From the NCBI GenBank assembly GCA_050011835.1, contig JBEKII010000002.1, positions 76,173 through 140,172 on the forward strand: a stretch of DNA of 64,000 nt, written 5' to 3'. How positions within the stretch are numbered: position 1 is the stretch's first letter; each line of letters starts with the position of its first letter. Positions 21,633 through 31,883 of this stretch are shown here, piece by piece. Position numbers and translations under genes: made by a program. This stretch comes from Minisyncoccia bacterium (lineage in GTDB: Bacteria; Patescibacteriota; Minisyncoccia; Phycocordibacterales; Phycocordibacteraceae). Below the pieces are notes generated by a model. It was not told the origin of the DNA and ran no database searches. It saw only the letters and a program-made list of their open reading frames with translations.

Positions 21633-22715
<1,083 letters not shown>

Positions 22716-22717
22716 GT

Positions 22718-23068
22718 ATGAATGATGCCGATATTCCGATTCTGAAGAAAGCATATGATTTGTATCTCACCTTTCACACGTATCGGCGTGTCGTGCCCAA
22801 AGCCGAGCGATTCACCCTCTACGAACGTTGTGAGAACGCAATTCTCGATATGGTCGAAGCGATTCTTGAAGCCGGATACTCGAAGAGCGCACAGAAGATG
22901 ACAGTGCTCGAACGTGCAAGCGTGAAGCTCAATATCATTCGCTTTTTCATCCGCCTTTTGAAGGAAACTCGTTCCATCGATACGAAGAAATATGTGAAGC
23001 TCCAAGAAATGATTGATGAGATCGGTAGAATGCTCGGCGGATGGATACGATCGACGGATTCTCGATAA
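22718..23068 (+). CDS. avd: DGR accessory protein Avd (four-helix bundle)
   Basis: IPILKKAYDLY...PKAERFTL...EIGRMLGGWI; 116 aa, basic, adjacent to RT and TR. Confidence 0.9.
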   Translation: MNDADIPILKKAYDLYLTFHTYRRVVPKAERFTLYERCENAILDMVEAILEAGYSKSAQKMTVLERASVKLNIIRFFIRLLKETRSIDTKKYVKLQEMIDEIGRMLGGWIRSTDSR

Positions 23069-23096
23069 CAAACAGCGTCCGTCAGGACGCTGTTTG
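23069..23096. other. Perfect 12-bp hairpin between the avd stop and the TR 3' end
   Basis: CAAACAGCGTCC-gtca-GGACGCTGTTTG. Confidence 0.8.
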
Positions 23097-23109
23097 GGGT
23101 GAGAAGCGA

Positions 23110-23238
23110 CTTCGGAAGGAACGCCGATGCCGAACCATAGTTGTCGTTCGCATTGTCGATCCAGTTCGTGTTGAACTTGAGCCTGCCGTCGTTGAAGTTG
23201 AAGATCGGCGCGTTCGAGAACTCGGACTCGTCGCTCGG
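23110..23238 (-). repeat. DGR template repeat (TR)
   Basis: 129-nt ungapped match to 24450-24578; AAC-rich; 18 of 27 mismatches fall at TR adenines. Confidence 0.93.
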
Positions 23239-23502
23239 CGTTTGCCCTCGCCCGTCCGTGGCACCGGAGCTTGAGACCGTCTCTCGCTCCTGAACTTTAT
23301 CCGGCGACACCGTATTAGCGGTTCGCCTTGGGCGAAGGCAAGCAGTATCTCCTCACCAAGGGCACGCTTGTGCAAATCGTGATCGGCACAACTCTGGCCC
23401 GGTTTCTCGAAGAGAAAGAGTTCGGCGACGGCCGTCCGTGGAGAACCGTGCATGAGCCTAGACTCGCTCATGAATATAGCAGATGCGGCGGAATCGCGGA
23501 AT

Positions 23503-23531
23503 TTGACTATTTATACCAGACGTGCTATCCT
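23503..23531 (+). promoter_or_regulatory. Sigma70-type promoter for the DGR target gene
   Basis: TTGACT-17 nt-TATCCT with TG extension. Confidence 0.55.
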
Positions 23532-23675
23532 CTAGCCAGATTAAAAGTCCTTTCCAATCCAAGAATCACTGGGTATGAGACGAGCTTTTTGCGGCTTATT
23601 GCTAGGCCGTAGCAAGCTCGTCTCATACAGAGCCGCACGTCGGGGCGAATCCGGCAAAAAAGGAGAGCTAACGTT

Positions 23676-24581
23676 ATGAAAACGCTTACTCAAACTCAAG
23701 AACCAGCAACCGAAGGGCAGATCAAATCGATTGCGCGCGTAGGTTCGGACGCTGCCGACAAAGCCGTTCGCGATTATTTCGCAGCAAACCCAACGACCAA
23801 AGAAAATGCACAGCGCGGACATGCGAGCGGCGACCAACTCGCCGACGTAATCCGCACCGCCGTACAGTCCTGGCTCGCTGACACCGTCGTCTCCGACAAG
23901 TACAAGGACGAAGAAGTGGAATCCAGCTACGGCTATCTTTCCGGGTATATCAAGCCGAAAGATAGTGCCGACCAGCTCAAGATCCTGCACGAATACTTTC
24001 CGGAGCTGCCAAAGGGCGATTTGTCGCCGCTCGGCATCGCTGCAGAAAATGCAGAGGGTACTTTCATCATTCCGCACTGGTCGCTCGTTGCCAAAACCTA
24101 TCCTGAAGCGGTACAGAAAATCATCGTTGCACTCACCAAACAGCGTGGCGGCAAATTCCACAACTACCGCGATGGCGAGATTGACGCAGATCACATTCGC
24201 GAAACGACGCAAAAGATTGCGGCCATGCAACAGCTGCGTGACGCACAGAAGAGCGATCTGCTTCAGGTTCCTGCACAGTTCGGCATTCGCCATCGCGGAC
24301 GCTCAGTCCGCAGGGCACGCGAAATCTTCGCCGTCAACGAGTTCGGTCTCGGTGCCTGGGAAATCGGCTGTATGCTCCTCACCACCCATCCCGAGCGCCT
24401 CAACGACTACAACGACCTCTGGATCGATTGTGCTGGCGATGAGTTCAAGCCGAGCGACGAGTCCGAGTTCTCGCGCGCGCCGGTCTTCAGCTTCCGCGGC
24501 GGCAAGCCCATGTTCGGCGCTGGCGAGGTCGGCATTGCCAACGACGACTATGGCTCCGCATCGGCGTTCCTCCCGCAGTGA
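23676..24581 (+). CDS. DGR target (variable) protein
   Basis: AGGAG SD; last 43 codons are the VR; no signal peptide or TM visible. Confidence 0.9.
   Translation: MKTLTQTQEPATEGQIKSIARVGSDAADKAVRDYFAANPTTKENAQRGHASGDQLADVIRTAVQSWLADTVVSDKYKDEEVESSYGYLSGYIKPKDSADQLKILHEYFPELPKGDLSPLGIAAENAEGTFIIPHWSLVAKTYPEAVQKIIVALTKQRGGKFHNYRDGEIDADHIRETTQKIAAMQQLRDAQKSDLLQVPAQFGIRHRGRSVRRAREIFAVNEFGLGAWEIGCMLLTTHPERLNDYNDLWIDCAGDEFKPSDESEFSRAPVFSFRGGKPMFGAGEVGIANDDYGSASAFLPQ
24450..24578 (+). repeat. DGR variable repeat (VR)
   Basis: TR AAC codons appear as CGC, AGC, CGC, GGC, GGC, GAC; ends at the stop codon. Confidence 0.93.
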
Positions 24582-24642
24582 TTCTTGTATCTCGAGTCCT
24601 TGGCTCTTTTGTGTATTCTTGATCCTTGGGCTCGAGAAATTT

Positions 24643-24680
24643 TCGGGGCTGTCCATTGCGGATGGCCCCGATTTCTTTTT
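24643..24680 (+). terminator. Hairpin plus T-run downstream of VR (terminator and/or DGR homing hairpin)
   Basis: TCGGGGCTGTCC-attgc-GGATGGCCCCGA-TTTCTTTTT; a second stem TCTCGAGTCC...GGGCTCGAGA at 24590-24637. Confidence 0.7.
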
Positions 24681-24704
24681 ATTATGATGGGCGTCGGAAT
24701 CGAA

Positions 24705-26267
24705 CTAAAAGTTCAAGCATCTAGGCCATAGAAAGTCCAGTTCGATTATGGACCCGGCAACAAGGTCAGACTGTCCAGCACGGAAGTCCTTAGATAGCTT
24801 GAATATGGGCGACAAAACAGCGGTGCCAAACAATCCGGTGGTTTTGTCGTACACGATGCCCTCTGGTAGCACCAATTTCTGCAATCGTTGCTTCTTTGCA
24901 GGGTTCGTTAGATCGAGCCACTGACGCGCCACATCGCGCACAAATTGCGTTCCATAGGCCAGTTGTATCTCAAGGTCTGCTTCGCTCGTCTGTGCCTCGT
25001 TCTTGGCGATTCTAAGCCCTGTGAGCTGGTTATCTAGCGAATCACGCATCTCGGTATATTCTTCTTTAGAAATCTCTTGGTTAACGCGCATAGTCAGTAG
25101 TCGTCGCTTCTGATTCTCCAAGTTGCCCAATCGGACGGCATAATGCTGTTTCTCCTGTCCCGCGCTTGTCTTGCGAGAGCGTATCTCGTCGAGCATCACT
25201 TGTTCAAACATACTGACAAACTTCTCGGTAGGCGTAATCCGCTTTAGGTAACCGTAGAACTTCTTTTCCAAAATATCCTTGGCGATATTATCTCTGTTGG
25301 TACAGGCCGAATTGTGGCAACGATAGTAGGGGTACTTTTTACCACTACGGCCTGTCTGCCAACTCGCGGTCATGAAAGATCCACAGGTACAGCGAATAGC
25401 CCCGCGTAACGGGAAATCGGGATGGTGTTTAAGGCGGAAACTGGTCGCGTTATTTGATAACCCGCGCTTCACGTTCTGAATGGCCCCGTATTCTTCAAGC
25501 GTAATCATCGGCTTGTGCAGTCCTCGATGTTCGTCGCCGCTCCACGGGTCAGTAAGGACTCCGGCATAGAACTTGTTTGTAAGTATTACGTTCCAGAGCT
25601 GTTTGCTCATCGGCTTACCGGTTCGCGTTTGTAAACCCCATTTATTACTCTCCTCGGCCAGTTGCGTGATGGTGTGCTGTCCGCCAGTATAAAGGCGTAA
25701 ACCCTTTTGAATGAGATAGAAACGCTCCTCATCTGGTTGATCCGGTAGAAGCTTGCGACGCTCCACTCTGTTCTTTGAGTTCGTATATCCTATTGGCGGC
25801 ATCCATGGCGAAATGCCATCGCGCAGACGCGCCCGCATACCGCCCTCGCATCGTTGCTTGCGTATATCGTTTTCAAATTGAGCATATCCGGCTAGCATCG
25901 CCTCAAGCATTTTTCCTACAGGCCCCTCGCTGATTATTTCTTCCGTAACTGAATGTAGAGAAGTGCCGTACTTGAGCAGTTGCGCTTGTAGCCCATAGTG
26001 GTCGGTCATGTTGCGAGCGAAGCGGTCGAGCTTCCAGACAATGAAGGCCTTTATCTCGTCCTTATGTTCCTTGCAGTAGTCGAGTGCCTTGATGAGTTCG
26101 GTGCGATTCGCGGCAGTAGCCGATTCGCCGCGCTCAATGAAAATCTTTGCCACCTTTAAGCCCTTATTTTCGGCATACTCTATACACGCACGCTCTTGGC
26201 TCTCCAAACTGGTGCCGTGGAGCTGGTCGTTAGAAGATACTCGACAGTATATGATTCCTTGGTTCAT
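24705..26267 (-). CDS. Large serine recombinase (integrase)
   Basis: YCRVSS catalytic motif, KLDRFARN, recombinase domain, CTCG...YYRC..SAC zinc ribbon, coiled coil; 3' end overlaps an att-like junction. Confidence 0.95.
   Translation of the reverse strand: MNQGIIYCRVSSNDQLHGTSLESQERACIEYAENKGLKVAKIFIERGESATAANRTELIKALDYCKEHKDEIKAFIVWKLDRFARNMTDHYGLQAQLLKYGTSLHSVTEEIISEGPVGKMLEAMLAGYAQFENDIRKQRCEGGMRARLRDGISPWMPPIGYTNSKNRVERRKLLPDQPDEERFYLIQKGLRLYTGGQHTITQLAEESNKWGLQTRTGKPMSKQLWNVILTNKFYAGVLTDPWSGDEHRGLHKPMITLEEYGAIQNVKRGLSNNATSFRLKHHPDFPLRGAIRCTCGSFMTASWQTGRSGKKYPYYRCHNSACTNRDNIAKDILEKKFYGYLKRITPTEKFVSMFEQVMLDEIRSRKTSAGQEKQHYAVRLGNLENQKRRLLTMRVNQEISKEEYTEMRDSLDNQLTGLRIAKNEAQTSEADLEIQLAYGTQFVRDVARQWLDLTNPAKKQRLQKLVLPEGIVYDKTTGLFGTAVLSPIFKLSKDFRAGQSDLVAGSIIELDFLWPRCLNF
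24733..24762 (+). repeat. att-like 30-bp direct repeat, copy 1 (degenerate tRNA-Met 3' end)
   Basis: AAGTCCAGTTCGATTATGGACCCGGCAACA; identical to 34595-34624 and 22/30 to 21465-21494. Confidence 0.9.
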
Positions 26268-26455
26268 GGGGTTCCTTCGGTTAATGATACACCGGAAAGC
26301 GCGTCTCGTTTTCCATACCCGTCTTCTTTGCCAATGTCCAAAATCAATCCGGCGAGTTTATACATCTCGTCTCTAACAGCTGCAACCTCGGAATCACTCA
26401 TTGATTCGCTGGTTTCAGCGTCTAGATATTTCCGGCAATCTTGAACGTTGAGCAT
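26264..26455 (-). CDS. Small protein translationally coupled to the recombinase (candidate directionality factor)
   Basis: 63 aa, AGGAG SD, stop overlaps the recombinase ATG (ATGA). Confidence 0.6.
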   Translation of the reverse strand: MLNVQDCRKYLDAETSESMSDSEVAAVRDEMYKLAGLILDIGKEDGYGKRDALSGVSLTEGTP

Positions 26456-26481
26456 AGCTATCTCCTGTTTTCGCCCTCGGA

Positions 26482-26611
26482 CATACACGGCATACACAAA
26501 ATGATTTCAATGAGCATCTGTAAGGGCACTGTGAGTGTATGCGCCCGTGTATGCGCAAGTGTGGTGTATGAGGAGCATGCACTTGGAATCGATATACACG
26601 TTTCCATACAC
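26482..26611. repeat. CATACAC/GTGTATG heptamer cluster, candidate replication origin iterons
   Basis: Six exact copies (26482, 26491, 26535, 26547, 26564, 26605) and one variant (26593), in both orientations. Confidence 0.6.
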
Positions 26612-28050
26612 TAGGATTCTTTAACATCTCCCTCATTCGTTTCGGGAGTGCATGGTTGTGTAGGCACATCCTCGTTTGCGACAGAGAAGTACGCCTTGTA
26701 GACCGCATCGACCTGTTCTCGCTTGAAGCGGTAACGTGCAGCCCTGTTGCTTCTCGGAAGTTTTTCAGAAGAGAGATTGAATTTAGCGATGACTTTCCCA
26801 ACTTCAGCCGCCCGCTGTTTTTTTGTGATGCAGTCCTCATCAAACAGAAAGACGTCTACAGACTCAGAGATTTCAGATGGCGAAAGAACCATCTCATCCT
26901 GCTCGCCTAAGAGCTGGCGTGTGACCTCTATGATGGCTTGCTCCAGATCCGATACTTGGTATTCAGTGAAGTTGTATTGAGACAAGAATCGTTCCTTGGC
27001 TATTCGCTGGTCGTTTTCCGGTACTCCAAGTACAGAAAACATGACATCGAAAAGCATCCAGAGTTCCAGTTTCCTTGCAAAAAATGCAGGGTTGGTCTGT
27101 CGTTCATACTCAATCTTCTTCATTACATGCGTACCTACAGCAAACATAAAATGGCCAATCAACAATCGGTACAAAGCCCCTCTGGTCTCTTTCCATATAG
27201 GGCTCTCCTCATCAAGAGACTTGAAATTCTTTCTGCTACGCACCAACGAAATGACGATGCACCGGTCGCGCAAGTCTTCGGGGAGTTCTTTTATTGAGGC
27301 AAACGCCTTCGGACTATACGCTTGAAATTCCTCCAAATTCCAATTCTTGCCCTTATCGGCAACCATTTTTCGAATGTTGCCACCCCCACGCTTATAGGAA
27401 TCAGTGAGGATGTCGAGAAGGTCTTCCATGTAGAATGGTCTATTGAGAACATCGGCTTGATCCATGAGATATGTGCCTCGCAACGAATCAACCGTGTCTC
27501 GTAGCGCTGGGAGGCTTGCACGGGCTTTGGTGGCGTTGAAACAGACTTGGTTCAAGAAGCTCAAGCACTGGGTCTTTCCGGAGCCTTTTGGCGCTTTAAT
27601 GTGCAGATAGGGATACGCCGAGAACAGCGGAAAGAAATACGTTCCGATAGCCCATGTACACATAAGAATTACATCAGCCTCGTCAATATCCATGTGTTGT
27701 TTGAGGAGGCTTTTGAGACTCTCGAATATCTCTAGTGGCGCTTGTACTTTCTGACCCGTGAGAAAGGTTTTTAGGAACGCATCGAGTTCTTTTCTGCTCC
27801 ACCGGTGCGCGAGCTTGGCCAGCACTCTTTTCTTAGTGTCAATGTAGTATGTTTTATCTTTAATCGTGAAAGAGTTGCCGGTGATGGTAAAGGCCGATGT
27901 GGCGGTCGCAATAACGAAAAGCTCACTACCGTCTTTGTTAGCCTCCGGTTTGACTCTGAATCCGAGCACGAGAATGTCGTCCTTGATGTCGAGTGATGGG
28001 TGAAAGTTTATTTCCTCGTAGAAGTCAGTCTCGTTGCTTTGCGTTTCCAT
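26611..28050 (-). CDS. P-loop NTPase, satellite-type replication/helicase-like protein
   Basis: WAIGTYFF..F.AYPYL...APKGSGKT, SPKAFA, L.DRCI motifs resemble primase-associated helicase domains of mobile elements. Confidence 0.65.
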   Translation of the reverse strand: METQSNETDFYEEINFHPSLDIKDDILVLGFRVKPEANKDGSELFVIATATSAFTITGNSFTIKDKTYYIDTKKRVLAKLAHRWSRKELDAFLKTFLTGQKVQAPLEIFESLKSLLKQHMDIDEADVILMCTWAIGTYFFPLFSAYPYLHIKAPKGSGKTQCLSFLNQVCFNATKARASLPALRDTVDSLRGTYLMDQADVLNRPFYMEDLLDILTDSYKRGGGNIRKMVADKGKNWNLEEFQAYSPKAFASIKELPEDLRDRCIVISLVRSRKNFKSLDEESPIWKETRGALYRLLIGHFMFAVGTHVMKKIEYERQTNPAFFARKLELWMLFDVMFSVLGVPENDQRIAKERFLSQYNFTEYQVSDLEQAIIEVTRQLLGEQDEMVLSPSEISESVDVFLFDEDCITKKQRAAEVGKVIAKFNLSSEKLPRSNRAARYRFKREQVDAVYKAYFSVANEDVPTQPCTPETNEGDVKES

Positions 28051-28062
28051 ATCAATTTAGTG

Positions 28063-28332
28063 TTAATTTCCATTTAATCTGTCGAGTAACTCGTTTCGCG
28101 CACGCTCGTAGAGATGCACCGGCACGAGTAATTCCGTGTCGTTTCGTTCACCGAATTTATATTTCTCAACTAGCTCCTCTAGGTAAGGTGAGAGCACGAA
28201 CGCAAACTCTTTTTTGCCCGAATCCGATACAACATTGATGCCTGCTATCTGCTGGTTTTTAGCGAATAAAAAGATAGCGAGTTTTAATGATGTGGTGCGG
28301 AGGTACCGCTCTTTATCTGTTCTTGATTTCAT
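28063..28332 (-). CDS. Small hypothetical protein (DUF5659-like)
   Basis: TTSLKLAIFL...KEFAF pattern; co-oriented upstream of the NTPase. Confidence 0.55.
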   Translation of the reverse strand: MKSRTDKERYLRTTSLKLAIFLFAKNQQIAGINVVSDSGKKEFAFVLSPYLEELVEKYKFGERNDTELLVPVHLYERARNELLDRLNGN

Positions 28333-28476
28333 CTTTCAATTTTCTTACGAATCATGAATGATGCGAAGCGATTGTGGCCGATGGGAAAATCTAAAACACG
28401 GCTCAAATCATAAAGAAAATACCTGCGGAAGCAGGTCATATTTCACTCGCGTACAATCGACTGCGCTAAAACTACT

Positions 28477-29025
28477 TTATCGTGTGTTGTTAAAAATTAT
28501 TCCTTCGCCCTTTTTCGCTTCTATCAGAGGGCGATTCTCACTTGAGCTGTTTTCAATATTTTTCGCGTATCTGAAAAAACCATTCTGTTCGCTGGTCAAG
28601 TTAGTTCTTATTCTGGCATCTCTGTCACTTCCGTTTTTAGGAGCTATTTTTCTTCCCTTAATCCTTCGTTTTCTAAGAGCAGTCTCAATCTCTGCGTACG
28701 TTTTTTCTCCACCATCTGGCATAAGCTCGAATACAACATCAAAAACATTAAAATAGAGGGTGTTTCGGTTACCTATCGAAATAGAAGCTCCATTGTAATA
28801 ATAAGTCTTATCTACCTTGTCTACGATTCGATTGTCTTTGACTTTAAATCTATTTTCTAACTCCTTAATCCGCCTCTCATGTCCGTCAACCATATCTAAT
28901 CTTGCTTCAATCATTGCTATATGTAGGGCTTTACTGTGAGGGGTGCCGTAAAGAGCATCAAAAAGCAAGTGACGCCTCTTGCGTTTTAGATCCCCCTCAT
29001 TTACTGAAATATTCTTATTCTCCAT
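28477..29025 (-). CDS. Hypothetical basic protein, possible winged-helix regulator
   Basis: 182-aa ORF in an AT-rich stretch; no certain motif. Confidence 0.55.
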   Translation of the reverse strand: MENKNISVNEGDLKRKRRHLLFDALYGTPHSKALHIAMIEARLDMVDGHERRIKELENRFKVKDNRIVDKVDKTYYYNGASISIGNRNTLYFNVFDVVFELMPDGGEKTYAEIETALRKRRIKGRKIAPKNGSDRDARIRTNLTSEQNGFFRYAKNIENSSSENRPLIEAKKGEGIIFNNTR

Positions 29026-29159
29026 ATCAATCTCAATGCAATTATCTCATATTTTGCGCCATATTTCAAGCGTTTTGTACACATGTGAGCGTCATGAACT
29101 TTGATGGTGCTAGCAAGATTACTACTACCTGCTACACTAACCTCGTAAACCGAATATGT

Positions 29160-29298
29160 GCCTAAACCCTCGGTAACGAGGGCATGGCGAGAGGCCCTGT
29201 AGAGATCAGAAAACCCATCATGTGGGACTGTCTCTACAGGCCGTAGCGGGAAACCGTTATGGAGGGCGCAAGCCCTCACCCATGTGGTGGGTTTTCTG
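29160..29298 (+). ncRNA. Candidate structured RNA or 5' leader
   Basis: Three GNRA-capped stems (GTAA, GAAA, GCAA), a long central hairpin and an alternative 11-bp pairing; TGCTACACT -10 at 29130. Confidence 0.6.
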
Positions 29299-29336
29299 CG
29301 TAAACACAAACTCTCCTCTGGCTTTAATAGATTGAG

Positions 29337-31157
29337 ATGAAAATTACCATGAAAAAAATTACCGTCGCTCTCGCCGTTCTATTTTTTGTAGTGCCATCAG
29401 TATCGTTTGCAGCGGGTCTCACGAATTCACAAATTCAAGCAATACTCTCACTTCTTTCCTCTTTTGGCGCAGATAGCGCGACGGTTGCAAGTGTTCAGAC
29501 AGCTCTAACCGGAACATCAACGACCGGAGGGCAATCCTGCTACAACTTCTCTACCAATTTACGCATAGGACAAAGCGGCTCTGGCATCACCGCGCTTCAA
29601 ACGGCGCTTCGGAATGACGGGGAATCAGTAACCGTGAGCGGCTCGTTTGACGATCAAACCGCCTCTGCTGTTACGGGTCTCCAACAAAAGTATGCAAACG
29701 ATATCCTTACCCCGAATGGCCTTCAATACGGTACTGGCTATGTTGGTGCTGCAACGAGAGCGAAATTGAATAGCCTTTGTGCCAATGGTTATCAACAGAC
29801 GACCTCAGCGATGAATCCGGCGACAACACAAACAGTAACGCCGACACCGCCGACACCGCAGACCAATCAACAAAATACTCAGCCGGTAACACCAACTCCG
29901 ACACCTTCTGTTTCTTCAACACAAACAAATTCACCATGGGTAGACATTAAGGCCGATGGTTCTAATGGCCCGATTACTATGCCCATAGACGGCCCAGCAG
30001 TAACAATCTCTTGGACATCGCATGGTGTACTGAATTGTGCCTTTACCGACATGTCGGGTGTAGCGACGAGCGTCAGCACATCTGGCAGTAAATCGGAATC
30101 GTTCTCAGGAACGGCGCAGAAGAATACAGTAACTATTAGCTGCTCTGCTCTGGTGAATAATGTTGTTACACCAAATGCGGTTTCCGACTCGGTCGTTGTG
30201 AATGTAGCCCCTCCAACAGGGCAAATCTCACCGATTTCCGTTTCATCCGATTCGAGTCCAGCCAATGTATTCCAAGGTACCGGCGGGACACTCGCTAGCT
30301 TCACTCTGACTGGTTCAAATGAGGCAGTAAAAGTTACCGACCTCTATCTCTGCTCCATTGATTCGATTCATCATGGTGGTCTTGCAAACGTCTCCATCAT
30401 GGGAGTCAATGCCTCGACACTGTCGATTGTCGACTGCGATACGAGCCCTGCAGGCACTGACTTCTCGCTCGGTTCTTCTCTCATCCTGCCAGCCAGAGGT
30501 ACGGCCTCAATAACTGTCTCCGGCACTGTGAAAACATCGACAGGAACAAATCTCTCGGACGGCGAGACGGTGCAAATCAAGCTCGTCGGTCAGGGTTCTC
30601 AAGGATCTAATGGCGTAGGCCAATCTTCACTCAATCCTTACACCATACCGAGTAGCGATGTCTTAGGACGCGCGGTGCCCGTTGTCGGTAGTGGGACACT
30701 TTCTGCATCTCCGGCATACTCGTGCTCGTTGGTTCAGACCGGTCTTGGTAATCAGAGTGCCTGTCTCGGATCATTTACGCTCTCTGCGATGAAAGAGGGA
30801 ATCACCGTTAACACAATAGGAATTGATATGTCGGCAGCCAATGCGGCGCTCGTGACGAATCTAACACTGAAGTATCACTATGGTGATAACAATCAGGGTG
30901 CAGTACTTGGCTCAGTCATCACAACACCAAGTGCAAACAATCCGTTTTATATGACTCCTGTATCTTTTGGTACTGGGAGGGGTCTCGATATTTCAACCTC
31001 GGGACTCACAACGATTGATGTCTATGGAAATGTTCCATCGGGTGCGGGTACAATTCAATTGACTCTCGACCCATCGACGAGCGGTACTGGCGATATGACG
31101 GGCATTTCGGCCTCGCTTGCCTCGCCAGTGCAGCTCAAGGCCGTTACAATTCAGTAG
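29337..31157 (+). CDS. Secreted peptidoglycan-binding-domain surface protein
   Basis: Signal peptide, LTNSQIQAILSLLSSFGAD motif, LRIGQSG..ITALQ..L...GYVGAATRAKLN PG-binding domain, PT linker, beta-rich C-terminus. Confidence 0.8.
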   Translation: MKITMKKITVALAVLFFVVPSVSFAAGLTNSQIQAILSLLSSFGADSATVASVQTALTGTSTTGGQSCYNFSTNLRIGQSGSGITALQTALRNDGESVTVSGSFDDQTASAVTGLQQKYANDILTPNGLQYGTGYVGAATRAKLNSLCANGYQQTTSAMNPATTQTVTPTPPTPQTNQQNTQPVTPTPTPSVSSTQTNSPWVDIKADGSNGPITMPIDGPAVTISWTSHGVLNCAFTDMSGVATSVSTSGSKSESFSGTAQKNTVTISCSALVNNVVTPNAVSDSVVVNVAPPTGQISPISVSSDSSPANVFQGTGGTLASFTLTGSNEAVKVTDLYLCSIDSIHHGGLANVSIMGVNASTLSIVDCDTSPAGTDFSLGSSLILPARGTASITVSGTVKTSTGTNLSDGETVQIKLVGQGSQGSNGVGQSSLNPYTIPSSDVLGRAVPVVGSGTLSASPAYSCSLVQTGLGNQSACLGSFTLSAMKEGITVNTIGIDMSAANAALVTNLTLKYHYGDNNQGAVLGSVITTPSANNPFYMTPVSFGTGRGLDISTSGLTTIDVYGNVPSGAGTIQLTLDPSTSGTGDMTGISASLASPVQLKAVTIQ

Positions 31158-31305
31158 GGGTACTGTTTGGTAGTGTGTTATTTGGCGCAAAATAGTTAGG
31201 AATTAAGCCTTATTCATCAATGTCAGCACACGACACCAATTTTGTTGTTCTTGGTCAATATCTTGCCGGCTAGCTTGGTCTAAGCTAAGTTATAAATAGG
31301 AACGC

Positions 31306-31780
31306 AAAAAAGCCCTTCTTTCGAAGAGCTTTCTGGGTTCTCAAGAGTTACACCTCTTTTTGAACAGTCTTGTTTCTAGGAAGCGCTCTTAACCTTACGG
31401 CGAGAGCGTTTTCCTTTTCTCGACACTCCCCCAATAGGGAAGCACTTGAACCCGTAATCGGAAGCGTGTAATACGCGACCGTTACGGAGGGTTATGGTTG
31501 CAACGCAATTCATAGTTCTGTTTTTGTTGGCGGAGCTTGATAAAGATTTCATTATTTCAGGGCGTCACGCACTTCACTCCCTAATGCGCTGGCAGAAAAC
31601 ACCGATGGATAGACCAACGGTCAAAGCCAATAGATTTCAAAGAACAAAGGCCTCAAGGGACGGGACTCCGTGGAAGTTTCCTTCCGCGAAATACCCTCCT
31701 CTAAGGCCTTCTAATCTGTTCGATTTGAAAATCTGTTGTCTTAGGTAATTCGGTAAGTCCCGTCCCCTCTTGCGAGGTAA
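31306..31780 (-). ncRNA. Candidate ~470-nt structured non-coding RNA
   Basis: Leftward TGTTATATT -10 (31785-31793), minus-strand GNRA hairpins, 11-bp long-range stem, minus-strand terminator at 31306-31332; no minus-strand ORF in the track. Confidence 0.55.
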
Positions 31781-31883
31781 CTCCAATATAACACTTTTTT
31801 CTTTGTCAATAGCCTTTTCGGAAAGACACCTGTGGAGAGCGGATTATTCGTCGTCTTTCCCTTCCATCTTTGCAGTAATTATC

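Noticed and set aside
31494-31748. 84-aa plus-strand ORF in the large intergenic gap
   Set aside because: No recognisable motif; strand-specific hairpins, promoter and terminator favour a minus-strand RNA, though the ORF is not formally excluded
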